From positions 1 to 64,000 of the IMG/VR virus record IMGVR_UViG_3300049141_000098: a DNA stretch of 64,000 nucleotides; one strand, written 5' to 3'. This DNA is from a virus (taxonomy: Duplodnaviria; Caudoviricetes). Each line of letters starts with the position of its first letter. The stretch's first letter is position 1. Below the pieces are notes generated by a model. That model ran no database searches, had not been told where the DNA came from, and saw only the letters and a program-made list of their open reading frames with translations. Positions 35,805 through 45,243 of this stretch are shown here, piece after piece. The translations under genes and the position numbers were made by a program.

Positions 35805-38800
35805 TCAGCCAACCGCTTCGATGCACCGGACGCCGAAAGCTCGCACGATCTCCGGCTCCACCCGATCTTTGTCTACTCGCGCGTCAAGCCGGTAGACCGT
35901 TGTCTTGCAGGGCCCGTTCACCCGAAGAAGGATGTCGGCCTCCCCCGGATGGTCGTTCAAGATCTGCTTCAGCGCCGAGACCGACTCGGGCGTGACCTTG
36001 GTCGAGGGGAACGTGATGCGAACGAGCGGGCCTCCCTCGACCTCGACGGAGGAGATGTCAAGAACCTGCACCTCCTGCCCGAACAGGCTGATGGCTCCGT
36101 CTCGCTCGTTGATCTGGCCTTGCACCGACACGACGGAGTCCTCGATCAGGACGCTGGAGGCCAGGGTGTACGCGCTGGCGAAGAAGAGGACGTCAATCTC
36201 TCCGTCTCGGTCCGCCAGGCTCACGATCGCGTAGGGCTTGCCCTTCTTTGTGACCTTGTGCTGGACGTTGGTGATCAAACCAGCCAGCCGGACGACTCCT
36301 TCCGTTCGGTCCGAAGTGAGCAGGTCGATCACCGTGCTGTCCCGGCGCTTCGAGAGGATGTGCTCCGTTCCGTCCAGGGGGTGGGCGGACACGTACAGAC
36401 CCAGCATTTCCCGCTCCAACGAGAGAAGGATCTTACGCGGCCATTCCTCCGACGAGATCTCAACTGGCAGGCCGAAGGAGACTCCACCGTCGACTCCGGT
36501 CGCTAGCTCGGAGAACAGATCGTCCTGACCGTACGATGCCGCCTTCTTTCCCGAGATTGCCGCATCGACAGCCATCTCGTACGCCGTCGACAGCCCCTTC
36601 CTGCTGTGCCCCAAGCTGTCGAAAGCACCCCCCTTGATCAGGGATTCGAGGCCCCTCTTGTTCAGTCCAGGCAGGTCCACCTTGTCGATGTAGTCCGCGA
36701 ACGACGTGAAGACGCCCTTGTCTTCCCGGGCCTTGACCACGGCCTCGATCAACCCGTCTCCGACATTGCGCACCGAGCGGAGGCCGAACCGGACGGCGTC
36801 ACCGACGGCAGTGAAGTCTCCGACAGACTCGTTGACGTCAGGAGGGAGCACCTTGATGCCCAGTCTGCGGGCATCCGCCAAGTACGTTCCAGCCTTGTCC
36901 TTGTCGTCTTCGACCGAGGTGAGCAACGCGGCCATGTACTCGGCCGGGTAGTTCGCCTTCAGATACGCGGTCCAGTACGAAATGAGGCCATATCCGGCAG
37001 TGTGGGATTTGTTGAACGCATAGCCGGAGAAGGGGAGCATGACGTCCCAGATGGCCTGTACGGCTTCGGGTGAGTATCCCTTGCCCTCCATGCCGGTGCG
37101 GAACTTGTCCCACTCGGCGGCCAACACTTCGGGTTTCTTCTTGCCCATGGCGCGGCGTAGCATGTCGGCGCCGCCGAGGGTGTATCCGGCCAGCTCTCGG
37201 GCCACCGCCATGATCTGCTCTTGGTAGACGAGCAAGTGGTGAGTGGATCCCAGGATCGGGTCGAGAACCTGCTTCAGTTCGGGGTGGATCGGCTCGGGCT
37301 TCTGCTTTCCGTTCTGGCGCAGTGCGTAGTTGGTGTGGGCGTTGGCGGCCATGGGGCCGGGTCGGTAGAGGGCAAGTGCTGCTGCAATGTCTTCGAAGCG
37401 GGTGGGCTCCATCAGCTTGAGCAGTGCGCGCATCCCGCCGCCGTCGAGCTGGAAGACGCCGAGGGTGTCACCCTTGGCGAGGAGGCCGAAGGTCTTCTTG
37501 TCGTCGAGCGGGATGACCTTCTTGTCCGGGTCCCCGTCCATGGGATCGACCGTGACGAGCTGGACATTACGGTTCTTCTTGATGATCTTCAGGGCGTGGT
37601 CGATGATGCCCAGGTTGCGCAGGCCCAGGAAGTCCATCTTCAGCAGGCCGAGCGCTTCGCATGACGGATAGTCGAAGCCCGCGATCCGCGCCCCGTCCTT
37701 GGCCCGCATGTGCAGCGGAATGCGTTCGACTAGCGGCGTCTTGGAGATGATCACAGCGGCGGCATGCACGCCAGTGTTGCGCGTCAGACCTTCGACGCCC
37801 TTGGCCGTGTCGATGATCTTCTTCACGTCCGGCTCGTTCTGGTACATCTCGCGGACGTCACCGCACTCCCCATATCGGGGGTGCTCGGGGTCGAGGATCC
37901 CGTCCAGTGGAACCGGGTTTCCATTGACGTCCGGCGGGAGCGCCTTGGTGATCCGCTCCCCCTGCTGATAGGGGAACTCCAGAATCCGCGCCGCGTCCTT
38001 GATCGCGTTCTTGGCCTTGATCTTGCCAAACGTGATCACCATCGAGGTGTATTCGGCGCCATACTTCTCAGCGACGTAGCGCACCATCTTCTCGCGCTGC
38101 CGGTCGTCGAAGTCCAGGTCAACATCCGGAGGATTGATGCGCTCCGGGTTGAGGAACCGCTCGAACAGCAGCCCCTGCTCCAGGGGGCACAGCTCGGTGA
38201 TTCGGGTGGCGTAGGCGACGATCGAGCCGGTGGCCGAGCCACGTCCGGGCCCTACCGGGATCTCGTTGTCACGGGCGTACCGGCAGATGTCCGCGACGAT
38301 GAGGAAGTACGAAGAGAAACCCATGGGGCCGATGACGGACATCTCGGTCTCGAAGCGTTGCATGACCTCCGCCGGAAGCGGCACGCCATAGCGCTTTTCC
38401 AGACCCTTCAAGCACTCCTGGCGAAGCCACTCCTCCTGAGTTACCCCGTCGGGAACGTCCGGGTAGTCCGGCATCTCGTCGACCATCGCGAAGACTTCGT
38501 CGTAGGACTCGACGCGCTCAGTGATCAGGAGAGTGTTGTCGCAGGCCTCGGGCAGCTCGGAGAAGAGGCTCCGCATCTCCTGTGCGGTCTTCAGGTAGTA
38601 GCCGGTGCCGGAGAACTTGAAGCGGTTCTCGTCCGACTTGTTCTTCCCGGTGCCAATGCACAGGAGGTTGTCGTGCGCGTCGGCCTGGCTGGCGTGAATG
38701 TAGTGGGCGTCGTTCGTCGCCAGCAGAGGGATGCCCAACTCCTTGGCCAGGCGCAGCAGGTCACCCCGAACCTGAGACTCGATGGACAAGCCGTGATCCA

Positions 38801-39398
38801 TCAGCTCCAGGAAGTAGTTCTCCTTGCCGAGGATCTCCTGGTAGGCAGCGGCCGTCTTGCGCGCTTCGTCGTACTGGCCCAGGCGCAGACGCGTCTGGAT
38901 GGCTCCGGAGGGGCAGCCGGTCGTGCCGATGATTCCCTCGGAGTGCTCGGCGATGAGTTCCATGTCCATCCGGGGCTTGCCAGCCGGGTACTGGCCTGTG
39001 TACGAGGCCTCCGTGGACAGGCGGAAGAGGTTGCGGAGCCCTCGGGCATTGCGGGCCCACATCGTCATGTGGGTGTAGCGGCCACCACCGGAGACGTCCT
39101 TGGTGGCCTCCATGTCGTCGGAGACCTGGCGCGCTCCTCCGGGGTTCCAGAACTCGCGCTTGCGGTTCAGCCGGGAGGAGGGGGCGACGTAGGCCTCGAT
39201 GCCGATGATCGGCTTGACGTCGGGGAACTTCTGGCTGGTGGAGTAGAAGTCGTAGGCGCCGAACATATTGCCGTGGTCGCTCATCGCGACGGCAGGCATC
39301 CCCTGACGGGCCACCTCTTCGAACATGGGCTTGAGCTTCTGGGCTCCGTCGAGCAGGGAGAATTCGGTGTGATTGTGCAGATGGGTAAAGCTGTCCAT
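35805..39398 (-). CDS. dnaE: DNA polymerase III alpha subunit (family C)
   Basis: PHP domain 'HLHNHTEFSLLDG', 'SDHGN', 'ATNDAHY'; 'GRGSATGS'; catalytic 'PPDVDLDFD'; 'MDFLGL'; C-terminal OB fold. Confidence 0.96.
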   Translation of the reverse strand: MDSFTHLHNHTEFSLLDGAQKLKPMFEEVARQGMPAVAMSDHGNMFGAYDFYSTSQKFPDVKPIIGIEAYVAPSSRLNRKREFWNPGGARQVSDDMEATKDVSGGGRYTHMTMWARNARGLRNLFRLSTEASYTGQYPAGKPRMDMELIAEHSEGIIGTTGCPSGAIQTRLRLGQYDEARKTAAAYQEILGKENYFLELMDHGLSIESQVRGDLLRLAKELGIPLLATNDAHYIHASQADAHDNLLCIGTGKNKSDENRFKFSGTGYYLKTAQEMRSLFSELPEACDNTLLITERVESYDEVFAMVDEMPDYPDVPDGVTQEEWLRQECLKGLEKRYGVPLPAEVMQRFETEMSVIGPMGFSSYFLIVADICRYARDNEIPVGPGRGSATGSIVAYATRITELCPLEQGLLFERFLNPERINPPDVDLDFDDRQREKMVRYVAEKYGAEYTSMVITFGKIKAKNAIKDAARILEFPYQQGERITKALPPDVNGNPVPLDGILDPEHPRYGECGDVREMYQNEPDVKKIIDTAKGVEGLTRNTGVHAAAVIISKTPLVERIPLHMRAKDGARIAGFDYPSCEALGLLKMDFLGLRNLGIIDHALKIIKKNRNVQLVTVDPMDGDPDKKVIPLDDKKTFGLLAKGDTLGVFQLDGGGMRALLKLMEPTRFEDIAAALALYRPGPMAANAHTNYALRQNGKQKPEPIHPELKQVLDPILGSTHHLLVYQEQIMAVARELAGYTLGGADMLRRAMGKKKPEVLAAEWDKFRTGMEGKGYSPEAVQAIWDVMLPFSGYAFNKSHTAGYGLISYWTAYLKANYPAEYMAALLTSVEDDKDKAGTYLADARRLGIKVLPPDVNESVGDFTAVGDAVRFGLRSVRNVGDGLIEAVVKAREDKGVFTSFADYIDKVDLPGLNKRGLESLIKGGAFDSLGHSRKGLSTAYEMAVDAAISGKKAASYGQDDLFSELATGVDGGVSFGLPVEISSEEWPRKILLSLEREMLGLYVSAHPLDGTEHILSKRRDSTVIDLLTSDRTEGVVRLAGLITNVQHKVTKKGKPYAIVSLADRDGEIDVLFFASAYTLASSVLIEDSVVSVQGQINERDGAISLFGQEVQVLDISSVEVEGGPLVRITFPSTKVTPESVSALKQILNDHPGEADILLRVNGPCKTTVYRLDARVDKDRVEPEIVRAFGVRCIEAVG

Positions 39399-39449
39399 CG
39401 AACGCCTCCGAGTCGTCACGAAGGGGTCAAGATACCGACCCACCTCACG

Positions 39450-39466
39450 TGGCCTAGGCCAGTCTA
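39450..39466. promoter_or_regulatory. TGGCCTAGGCCA operator candidate abutting the dnaE -10 box (TAGACT, - strand, 39461-39466)
   Basis: Perfect 12-bp palindrome in the divergent dnaE/GT intergenic region. Confidence 0.7.
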
Positions 39467-39529
39467 CAGGCTTTACCCCACTGATACACCCCCAGATCTA
39501 CCTCCCATTTGGTCCGTAGAGTGGGAAAC

Positions 39530-40429
39530 ATGGAGATCGTAAACGTCATCGCCTGGCGCAGACCCGACTTCCTCCTGGCCATGCTGATGCGGCTCGCCAA
39601 AGCCGACACGCCGGGGATCCACTATCGGGTCAACGTCGACCACGACCCGGACCCGCTGGTGCCGGAGGTGGCCGACCGGTTCTCCTGGAACGTCGGCCCC
39701 AAGCGGGTCGAAGTGGTGTACCGAGGCCCGTGCGAGGACCAGGGGCCTACACGGAACATGCTCCAGGCGCTGCATGAATCCATGAACTACGGCGCCGACT
39801 TGATCCACTTGATCGAAGACGACATCTTCGTCTCCACCGGGTACTTCACGTACCACCGCAGCGCCCACGAGCTGGCTCCGGACGCCTTCTGTGTGACCGC
39901 ATGCAAGCCGGACCTGGACGCCACCCCGACGAGTCCGCAGAGCTTCCGTCAGGCCACCCTGCGGCCCTTTGCCCCAACGGTCGGGACCAGCTTCCGGCCC
40001 GAGCGCCTACGGCAGATCCTGGACTACCTGCCCATGTCCTATCTGGAGGACCGGGTCGGGCATTTGCGCCGGACTTTCCCCCAGCACCCCTGCGCCCCGC
40101 ACCTGTGGAGCGGAATCGACGGGGCCATGGGGCGGGTGCGCCATCGCCTCGACAAGCTCACGGTCTTCCCCGAGATCGGACGCGCCTATCACGCAGGGTT
40201 CATCGGGGCGGGATGTGAGGGCGAGGCCTGCAACGGAGACACCGCGCGGGACGGGTACAACAACGGCCCGCACCGCCACGGCGCCGGACTGACCGGGACG
40301 GTGGCGGAGCGGGCCGCTCAACTGCTGAAGATGCGCGCCGAGGACTTTAACGCGCGAGCCGGGATCCGGGATCACGTCTGGTTCGACCCGGACGTGGACT
40401 ACGGACCAGTGACCGCGATCGCCCCCTAG
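39530..40429 (+). CDS. GT-A glycosyltransferase, paralog of 2076-2924
   Basis: 'VIAWRRPDFL', 'HLIEDDIFV', 'RAYHAGF' and 'LTGTVAERAA' match the paralog; TAGAGT -10 box 7 nt before the ATG. Confidence 0.8.
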   Translation: MEIVNVIAWRRPDFLLAMLMRLAKADTPGIHYRVNVDHDPDPLVPEVADRFSWNVGPKRVEVVYRGPCEDQGPTRNMLQALHESMNYGADLIHLIEDDIFVSTGYFTYHRSAHELAPDAFCVTACKPDLDATPTSPQSFRQATLRPFAPTVGTSFRPERLRQILDYLPMSYLEDRVGHLRRTFPQHPCAPHLWSGIDGAMGRVRHRLDKLTVFPEIGRAYHAGFIGAGCEGEACNGDTARDGYNNGPHRHGAGLTGTVAERAAQLLKMRAEDFNARAGIRDHVWFDPDVDYGPVTAIAP

Positions 40430-40435
40430 CGGGGG

Positions 40436-40672
40436 TCATTTGCCGACGACACGCCCATGGCGAAGCTTCCGGTTTACGGCCACTGGCCAGATGTGCAGCA
40501 CGAACAGGTACACCAGCGCCAGCATCGCATTGAACACTCGGTCGGCAGGTGAGTCGCTCACGCCGTTCTGGGTCATCTCTCGGCGCAGGCCAGCAGGCGG
40601 GTATGCGATGCCTCGTGTCAGGGCCAGCCAACCGACGCACAAATACAGGGCGTAAACCGACATTCCGAACAT
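40436..40672 (-). CDS. Small two-TM membrane protein
   Basis: Two hydrophobic segments; AAAGGAG RBS. Confidence 0.5.
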   Translation of the reverse strand: MFGMSVYALYLCVGWLALTRGIAYPPAGLRREMTQNGVSDSPADRVFNAMLALVYLFVLHIWPVAVNRKLRHGRVVGK

Positions 40673-40721
40673 GCGGCTCCTTTCGCTCACATGTCTCGCC
40701 GGGCCCGAGGAGAGCCCCGGG

Positions 40722-40940
40722 TTAGGTCCGATCGGTCTCGGCCGTGAAAGCCTCGTCGATCCGGGTCTTACGGAAGTCGGCGTTGGCATCTTCGAGGATC
40801 GCCACGAGCCGGTGGGTGGCCGCGAAGGCATCGTGATCGAGTGGACGGAAGTCGTCGAGCAGGTCGGCCACCTCGTTCTCGTCGATCTCAATGTGAATGC
40901 GTCGGCCATCGTGGCGCAGGTTTGTGTAGATGCGGTCCAT
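40722..40940 (-). CDS. Small hypothetical protein
   Basis: RBS and GC3 bias; follows the 40942 gene. Confidence 0.55.
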   Translation of the reverse strand: MDRIYTNLRHDGRRIHIEIDENEVADLLDDFRPLDHDAFAATHRLVAILEDANADFRKTRIDEAFTAETDRT

Positions 40941-40941
40941 C

Positions 40942-41847
40942 TCAGTAGCTCCCTTCTGAAGTCCACGTCTCGCCTTCGGCGTTCCGGTGTGTGGTGTGCT
41001 TGCCGTGGATCACGCAGTTGACGATGGGCTCGCCGTTGCGCAAGAACGGCGGGGCGGGGCAGCCGCAGTAGGCGGGCTGCGCCTCATGCTCGTGGGCGTC
41101 GTCGAGGTGACTCCAGTGCCCGGCCTTCGGCTCGCCGACCCATACGATCTGACCCTGGCAGGTGATGCACAGGCCGACCGAAGAGTCTTCCGCAAGGGGG
41201 CATGGACCGCCGTTGCAGGCCCCGGTGTCGCCGCACTGGGGGCAGCGATCCGGCGCCAGCTCGAAGTCCAGCTTCCACCCCAGGTACCGGCAGGCGGCCA
41301 TCACGGTGCTCACGGGGTGGCTCGCGATGTACTGGGCGAGAGCATGGGCGGCCGGATGGTCGGGCTCGCTCAGGGCGGCAGCAGGGGCCCTGTGCCGCTC
41401 CGGGAGGTCGCTGCGCCCCTTGTTGTGGCCAAGGGGCATGAGACATCCACCCCACGCCCCGCAGCGGGGGTAATCCTGGGACTCCAGATAGTCGTCGCAC
41501 TTGCAGTTCAGGCATCGCCGTCGGGTACTCATACCCAGACGGCCGTGGCCGTGGAAGTCATGTCCGCACTTACAGGGCGCGGCCGGGTGGGTGCCGTCGC
41601 TGCACCTCGGACACGTGGTGCTCCGCTTCGCGAAGGCGCCCTTGACCAGTTCGTCCAGGGTCACCGTAGGCGCGGGCGGCGGCAGCTCCGTGACTTCGAC
41701 CTCGGTGAGGTCGTCGCGATCGGACAGTCCGTCCTCGATCCACGTCTTCACATGTCGCAGCATGTCTGCCGGGTCGGCGTAATAGCTGCCGTCCTCACGG
41801 GTCTCCACGTCGACCCTGACCGAGGCGCGCATAGGCCGACTTGTCAT
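40942..41847 (-). CDS. Cys/His-rich multi zinc-finger-like hypothetical protein
   Basis: Many CxxC and CxC...H motifs (CPRC, CKCGH, CLNCKC, CPQC, CITC). Confidence 0.6.
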   Translation of the reverse strand: MTSRPMRASVRVDVETREDGSYYADPADMLRHVKTWIEDGLSDRDDLTEVEVTELPPPAPTVTLDELVKGAFAKRSTTCPRCSDGTHPAAPCKCGHDFHGHGRLGMSTRRRCLNCKCDDYLESQDYPRCGAWGGCLMPLGHNKGRSDLPERHRAPAAALSEPDHPAAHALAQYIASHPVSTVMAACRYLGWKLDFELAPDRCPQCGDTGACNGGPCPLAEDSSVGLCITCQGQIVWVGEPKAGHWSHLDDAHEHEAQPAYCGCPAPPFLRNGEPIVNCVIHGKHTTHRNAEGETWTSEGSY

Positions 41848-42341
41848 GACGCCCCCTCGTGGTTGCCCTCTTCACGGAAGGCCAGGTTGTTCCGGATGAT
41901 GTCGGCGATTTCGTCGTAGGCCCGCTGATTGAGTTCGAGATGGGGATCCAGGGCGACATGGAACGCGGCACAGACCGGGTTGGTTTCGACCCCACGCACG
42001 AGCCGGTGCTTGACAGGACTCAGACCCTCGGCGCCACAGTCAACGGCATATCGAGAAAGGTCGACGGCCCCCTCGACCAGCCCCACGACTGCACCGAAGG
42101 CCTCCTGGAACAGGTCATCCGAAAGCCCCTTCCAGTGGGGGCGATCGGCCATGGCGGCGGTCACCTCCAGGCCATCCCAGTCGGTTCCGACGTACCGCGC
42201 GGCCTCGGCCCGCAGGTCGCCCTCGGTGTAGGGAGGATTGGGCCGACAGGGCGTGAGGTTCGAGTGCGCATCCTTCCCGCAGCCACACCGGTAGCCGCTG
42301 GGGCCGTAGGCGAGGGGGTCGGGACTCGGACGGTTGGTCAC
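41844..42341 (-). CDS. Hypothetical protein
   Basis: ATGA coupling to the next gene; N-terminal 'CGCGKDAH' motif. Confidence 0.55.
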   Translation of the reverse strand: MTNRPSPDPLAYGPSGYRCGCGKDAHSNLTPCRPNPPYTEGDLRAEAARYVGTDWDGLEVTAAMADRPHWKGLSDDLFQEAFGAVVGLVEGAVDLSRYAVDCGAEGLSPVKHRLVRGVETNPVCAAFHVALDPHLELNQRAYDEIADIIRNNLAFREEGNHEGAS

Positions 42342-42379
42342 AGACTTCTTCCCTTCCGGTGATCTCTTCTGGATCTGAG

Positions 42380-42898
42380 CTACGTGTATTGCGCGGCGAG
42401 AAGCTCTTGGTGCACATCGGCCGCCCCTTGAAGGAGGTCACACATCCAGTCGTGCTCCTCCCCCGTGAGCGGATTCTTGGCCGAGGAGCCGGTGCGGGCG
42501 AGCTGAATCAGGTGCAGACGCCCATGTAGCTCTTCGGCCGTCACCCAGTCGACATCCCGGGCCGTCAGCTTGGGGCTGCGAGTGCACCCCCGGAACTCAA
42601 AGGCGGCGAACTGGGTGAGCTTGTTGGTGTAGTCGTCGCGGCGCTTGGACTGCATCCACAGCCAGCGGGCGAACGTCGGCTCCAGCAGGTCACCGGCCCG
42701 AGCCCTGGATCCGGGGCACCGGGTGATGATGTAGCCATCATCGTCGCAGTAGATCGGAGCGTCGGGGTCGTACGCCCTCTCGTGCTTGTACACGGTCCCG
42801 TCAGCTCGCACCTGAATCTCGTTCTCGCACTCCAGGCACAAAGTCAGCTTCGGCAGTGGTACGGCGATGCCTGCGAAGGTATCGATCGTCTTGGTCAC
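42380..42898 (-). CDS. Hypothetical protein (Cys motif plus YozE-like C-terminus)
   Basis: 'CLEC...HER...CPGS' and 'TFARWLW'. Confidence 0.55.
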   Translation of the reverse strand: MTKTIDTFAGIAVPLPKLTLCLECENEIQVRADGTVYKHERAYDPDAPIYCDDDGYIITRCPGSRARAGDLLEPTFARWLWMQSKRRDDYTNKLTQFAAFEFRGCTRSPKLTARDVDWVTAEELHGRLHLIQLARTGSSAKNPLTGEEHDWMCDLLQGAADVHQELLAAQYT

Positions 42899-43224
42899 GC
42901 TCCCTCGAACCTCCTCAGGTCGACGTCACGAGGGTTGTTGCTGCTCCAATGTTCGGCCTTCCTGTCCATGTGCCGCTGGTGGACGTCACGCTCGACACAG
43001 AAGAGCCACTCGCCCCCCGATGACCAGTAGGCATGCCCGCAGGGGTAGTCCACTTCAGTCCAATCCGGGCTCGCCGCCAGCCGCATGGGTCCGAGGACTG
43101 CGTCCACCACGCGTTGGGCCTGTTCAGGTTCGAGTCCCGTATGTTGGATGACGGCTGACTCAAGGTCTCCGTACAGCCCCATCGGGATACGCAGCACCTG
43201 CTCAGCAGGACGGTAGTCGGTCAC
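42895..43224 (-). CDS. Hypothetical protein
   Basis: GTGA coupling; AGGAAGGGAG RBS. Confidence 0.5.
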   Translation of the reverse strand: MTDYRPAEQVLRIPMGLYGDLESAVIQHTGLEPEQAQRVVDAVLGPMRLAASPDWTEVDYPCGHAYWSSGGEWLFCVERDVHQRHMDRKAEHWSSNNPRDVDLRRFEGA

Positions 43225-43364
43225 CTTTCTCTCCCTTCCTCATCCGCGCCACAAGCGCGGCCGGTGCTGGCACTTGCGCCAGAACCACCGAATCGTGTCG
43301 CAGCGGTGACAGTAGCCCTTGAAGCCTTGGCGGTAGATCCAGCGGCCGACGTGGGCTCGGAGCA

Positions 43365-43997
43365 TCACGACCCCAGCCGCTCAACACCGCTAGCGACCCG
43401 TACGGCCTGCGAGTGCTCCATCAGGAACTCGTGGACCTCGCGATCCCACTGAGCGTCCGCCATGGCGTGGTGGGCGGTGTTCGGATCCTTATCAGGAAGC
43501 GGAGTGCCGTCGGGGAGTCGGCCGTCCTCGACGCCTGCAAGATCTTCCAGAGTGGCCAGGTCGATGAACGGTCGCCGGGGGACGGAGGAGGGCATCTGAT
43601 CGAACCAGTCGTTGCCGAACAGGTTGTGGATCCGCTGCATGTCCTGGGTGCCATGGTCTGCGACGATGCCGACGTGCTTGCGGTAATTTCGACCCCCGGT
43701 CAGCGCGTGGAAGTACTCCCCCACCTCTTCGGCCATGTTGCGATACGAGTAGACATCGGGATGCCTGGTGTCGATGTCTCCCACCGGACGCAAGGGCAGC
43801 TTCGGCAGGATGTGTTCACGCTGGAAAGGTATGGCGCGCAGGTCGACGAGCCTGGAATTGACGTTCTCGTTCACCATGTACTTGGATCCGCGCTCCGAGT
43901 GCAGGGCGAGCGAGATGAGGCCGTACGGCGAAAGGTCGTCGGGGAGGAACTCCGCGTCGATGTACACGAAGGTGAAGTCCGGGAAGAATGTCTTCAT
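43365..43997 (-). CDS. DEDDh 3'-5' exo(ribo)nuclease, Rv2179c-like
   Basis: 'YIDAEF', 'LISLAL', 'QDMQRI' and 'HHAMADAQW'. Confidence 0.75.
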   Translation of the reverse strand: MKTFFPDFTFVYIDAEFLPDDLSPYGLISLALHSERGSKYMVNENVNSRLVDLRAIPFQREHILPKLPLRPVGDIDTRHPDVYSYRNMAEEVGEYFHALTGGRNYRKHVGIVADHGTQDMQRIHNLFGNDWFDQMPSSVPRRPFIDLATLEDLAGVEDGRLPDGTPLPDKDPNTAHHAMADAQWDREVHEFLMEHSQAVRVASGVERLGS

Positions 43998-44023
43998 TGG
44001 TTTCTTTCCTTTCCGTTGCAGTA

Positions 44024-44305
44024 TTACAGGAATTCGCTGGACTGCCCACAGAACAGACAGACATCCTCTTCCGCTTCGTCCCCGTAAACGCAGTTCGCGA
44101 CAGGGGACGTCTCACATGGGCGCTTTCCGATAATGATGCTGTCGGCCGATTCGCCGACCACCTCTGCCAAAAGGGCTACGTACTCCCGGTGTTCGCCCAC
44201 GAGCAAGTCCTTCAGCCCTCGTATGAGGAGGTCAACCTGCTCAATGCCGTTCCGCCTTCGTCGCAGTTGTGTCGCGGTCTTCTCGTCGCAATTGACGATA
44301 GTCAC
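44024..44305 (-). CDS. Small Cys4 protein, tandem paralog B
   Basis: C-terminal 'CETSPVANCVY...CLFCGQ'. Confidence 0.6.
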   Translation of the reverse strand: MTIVNCDEKTATQLRRRRNGIEQVDLLIRGLKDLLVGEHREYVALLAEVVGESADSIIIGKRPCETSPVANCVYGDEAEEDVCLFCGQSSEFL

Positions 44306-44313
44306 GGATCCCC

Positions 44314-44595
44314 CTACTTGCGCTCGCTGGGCTGTTCACAGAACAGGCACTCGTCATCCCGCTCGTCCGTTGAAAGATCGTAGACGCACGACTTGGTGGG
44401 CGATCCCTCGCATTCCCAGTGGCCGAGTTCGAGGTTCTGCGGATCCCGTTCCAAGATCCTCCCCAGCTCATCCAGATAGCTCTGGCGTGCCTCGCTTCTC
44501 ACTCTGCCCAGCTCACTGAGCGCGATGTCGAGGTTATGGACGCGCTGCCTTCTCTGTTCAAGCTGGTACAGAGATTTGCCTTCCCATTTCTTCAT
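44314..44595 (-). CDS. Small Cys4 protein, tandem paralog A
   Basis: C-terminal 'CEGSPTKSCVY...CLFCEQ'; also 93 aa. Confidence 0.6.
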   Translation of the reverse strand: MKKWEGKSLYQLEQRRQRVHNLDIALSELGRVRSEARQSYLDELGRILERDPQNLELGHWECEGSPTKSCVYDLSTDERDDECLFCEQPSERK

Positions 44596-44610
44596 GATTC
44601 TCCTTGCTAC

Positions 44611-45243
44611 TCACGCGCCAGATTCCTTCTTCTTGATTCGCTCGGCGATCGAGCGTGCCTTACCTAGACACGCCTTGCAGGTCGGCCACCGGTCGTCGTA
44701 CTCGCCCTCGACCGGGAAGTAGTCCAGATCCTTGGCCCGACTTGGGGTCCAACACAGGACGTATCCCGCCTCGCGGCGCAGGCGGCCGAACGTGAGGCTG
44801 TCCTTGAGGTAGATGTGGTCTGCGCCTTGGGTGTAGCCGTCCAGATGACGATGCGAGGTGTAGTTGTGACGCACTGTTGCCCGGGTGCCCACCTCCTCCA
44901 GCGCGGCCTTCAAGCGCAGCCACTCTTTGAAAAGTTGCCCGTTCCTCTCGGCTTCCGCCGCCCGGCGCTGCTTCTCCTCCTGCTCATATGCCAAGCGACG
45001 GGCTGTTTCGAGCGGAGGCGGGGGCGGATCGGACTCGGCCTGCTTGGCGATATAAAGCAGATACACCTCAGGCCACGTCAGACCCCTCGGATTACTGCGC
45101 TCTCCAATGATTTCGGCGGCCCATTCGGGGTTGTGCGAATAAGAACTCGACGTGATGGCCGGATTGGTGAAGGGTCCGGCCTCCCGACGTGCCCTTTCCC
45201 GTAGCTCAGCGATCTGCTCGTCGGTCAGATTGGTGGCCCTCAT
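44611..45243 (-). CDS. Hypothetical protein
   Basis: ATGA coupling with the upstream gene; C-terminal 'CKAC'. Confidence 0.6.
   Translation of the reverse strand: MRATNLTDEQIAELRERARREAGPFTNPAITSSSYSHNPEWAAEIIGERSNPRGLTWPEVYLLYIAKQAESDPPPPPLETARRLAYEQEEKQRRAAEAERNGQLFKEWLRLKAALEEVGTRATVRHNYTSHRHLDGYTQGADHIYLKDSLTFGRLRREAGYVLCWTPSRAKDLDYFPVEGEYDDRWPTCKACLGKARSIAERIKKKESGA

Noticed and set aside
37764-39542. 592-aa + strand ORF
   Set aside because: Antisense shadow of dnaE.
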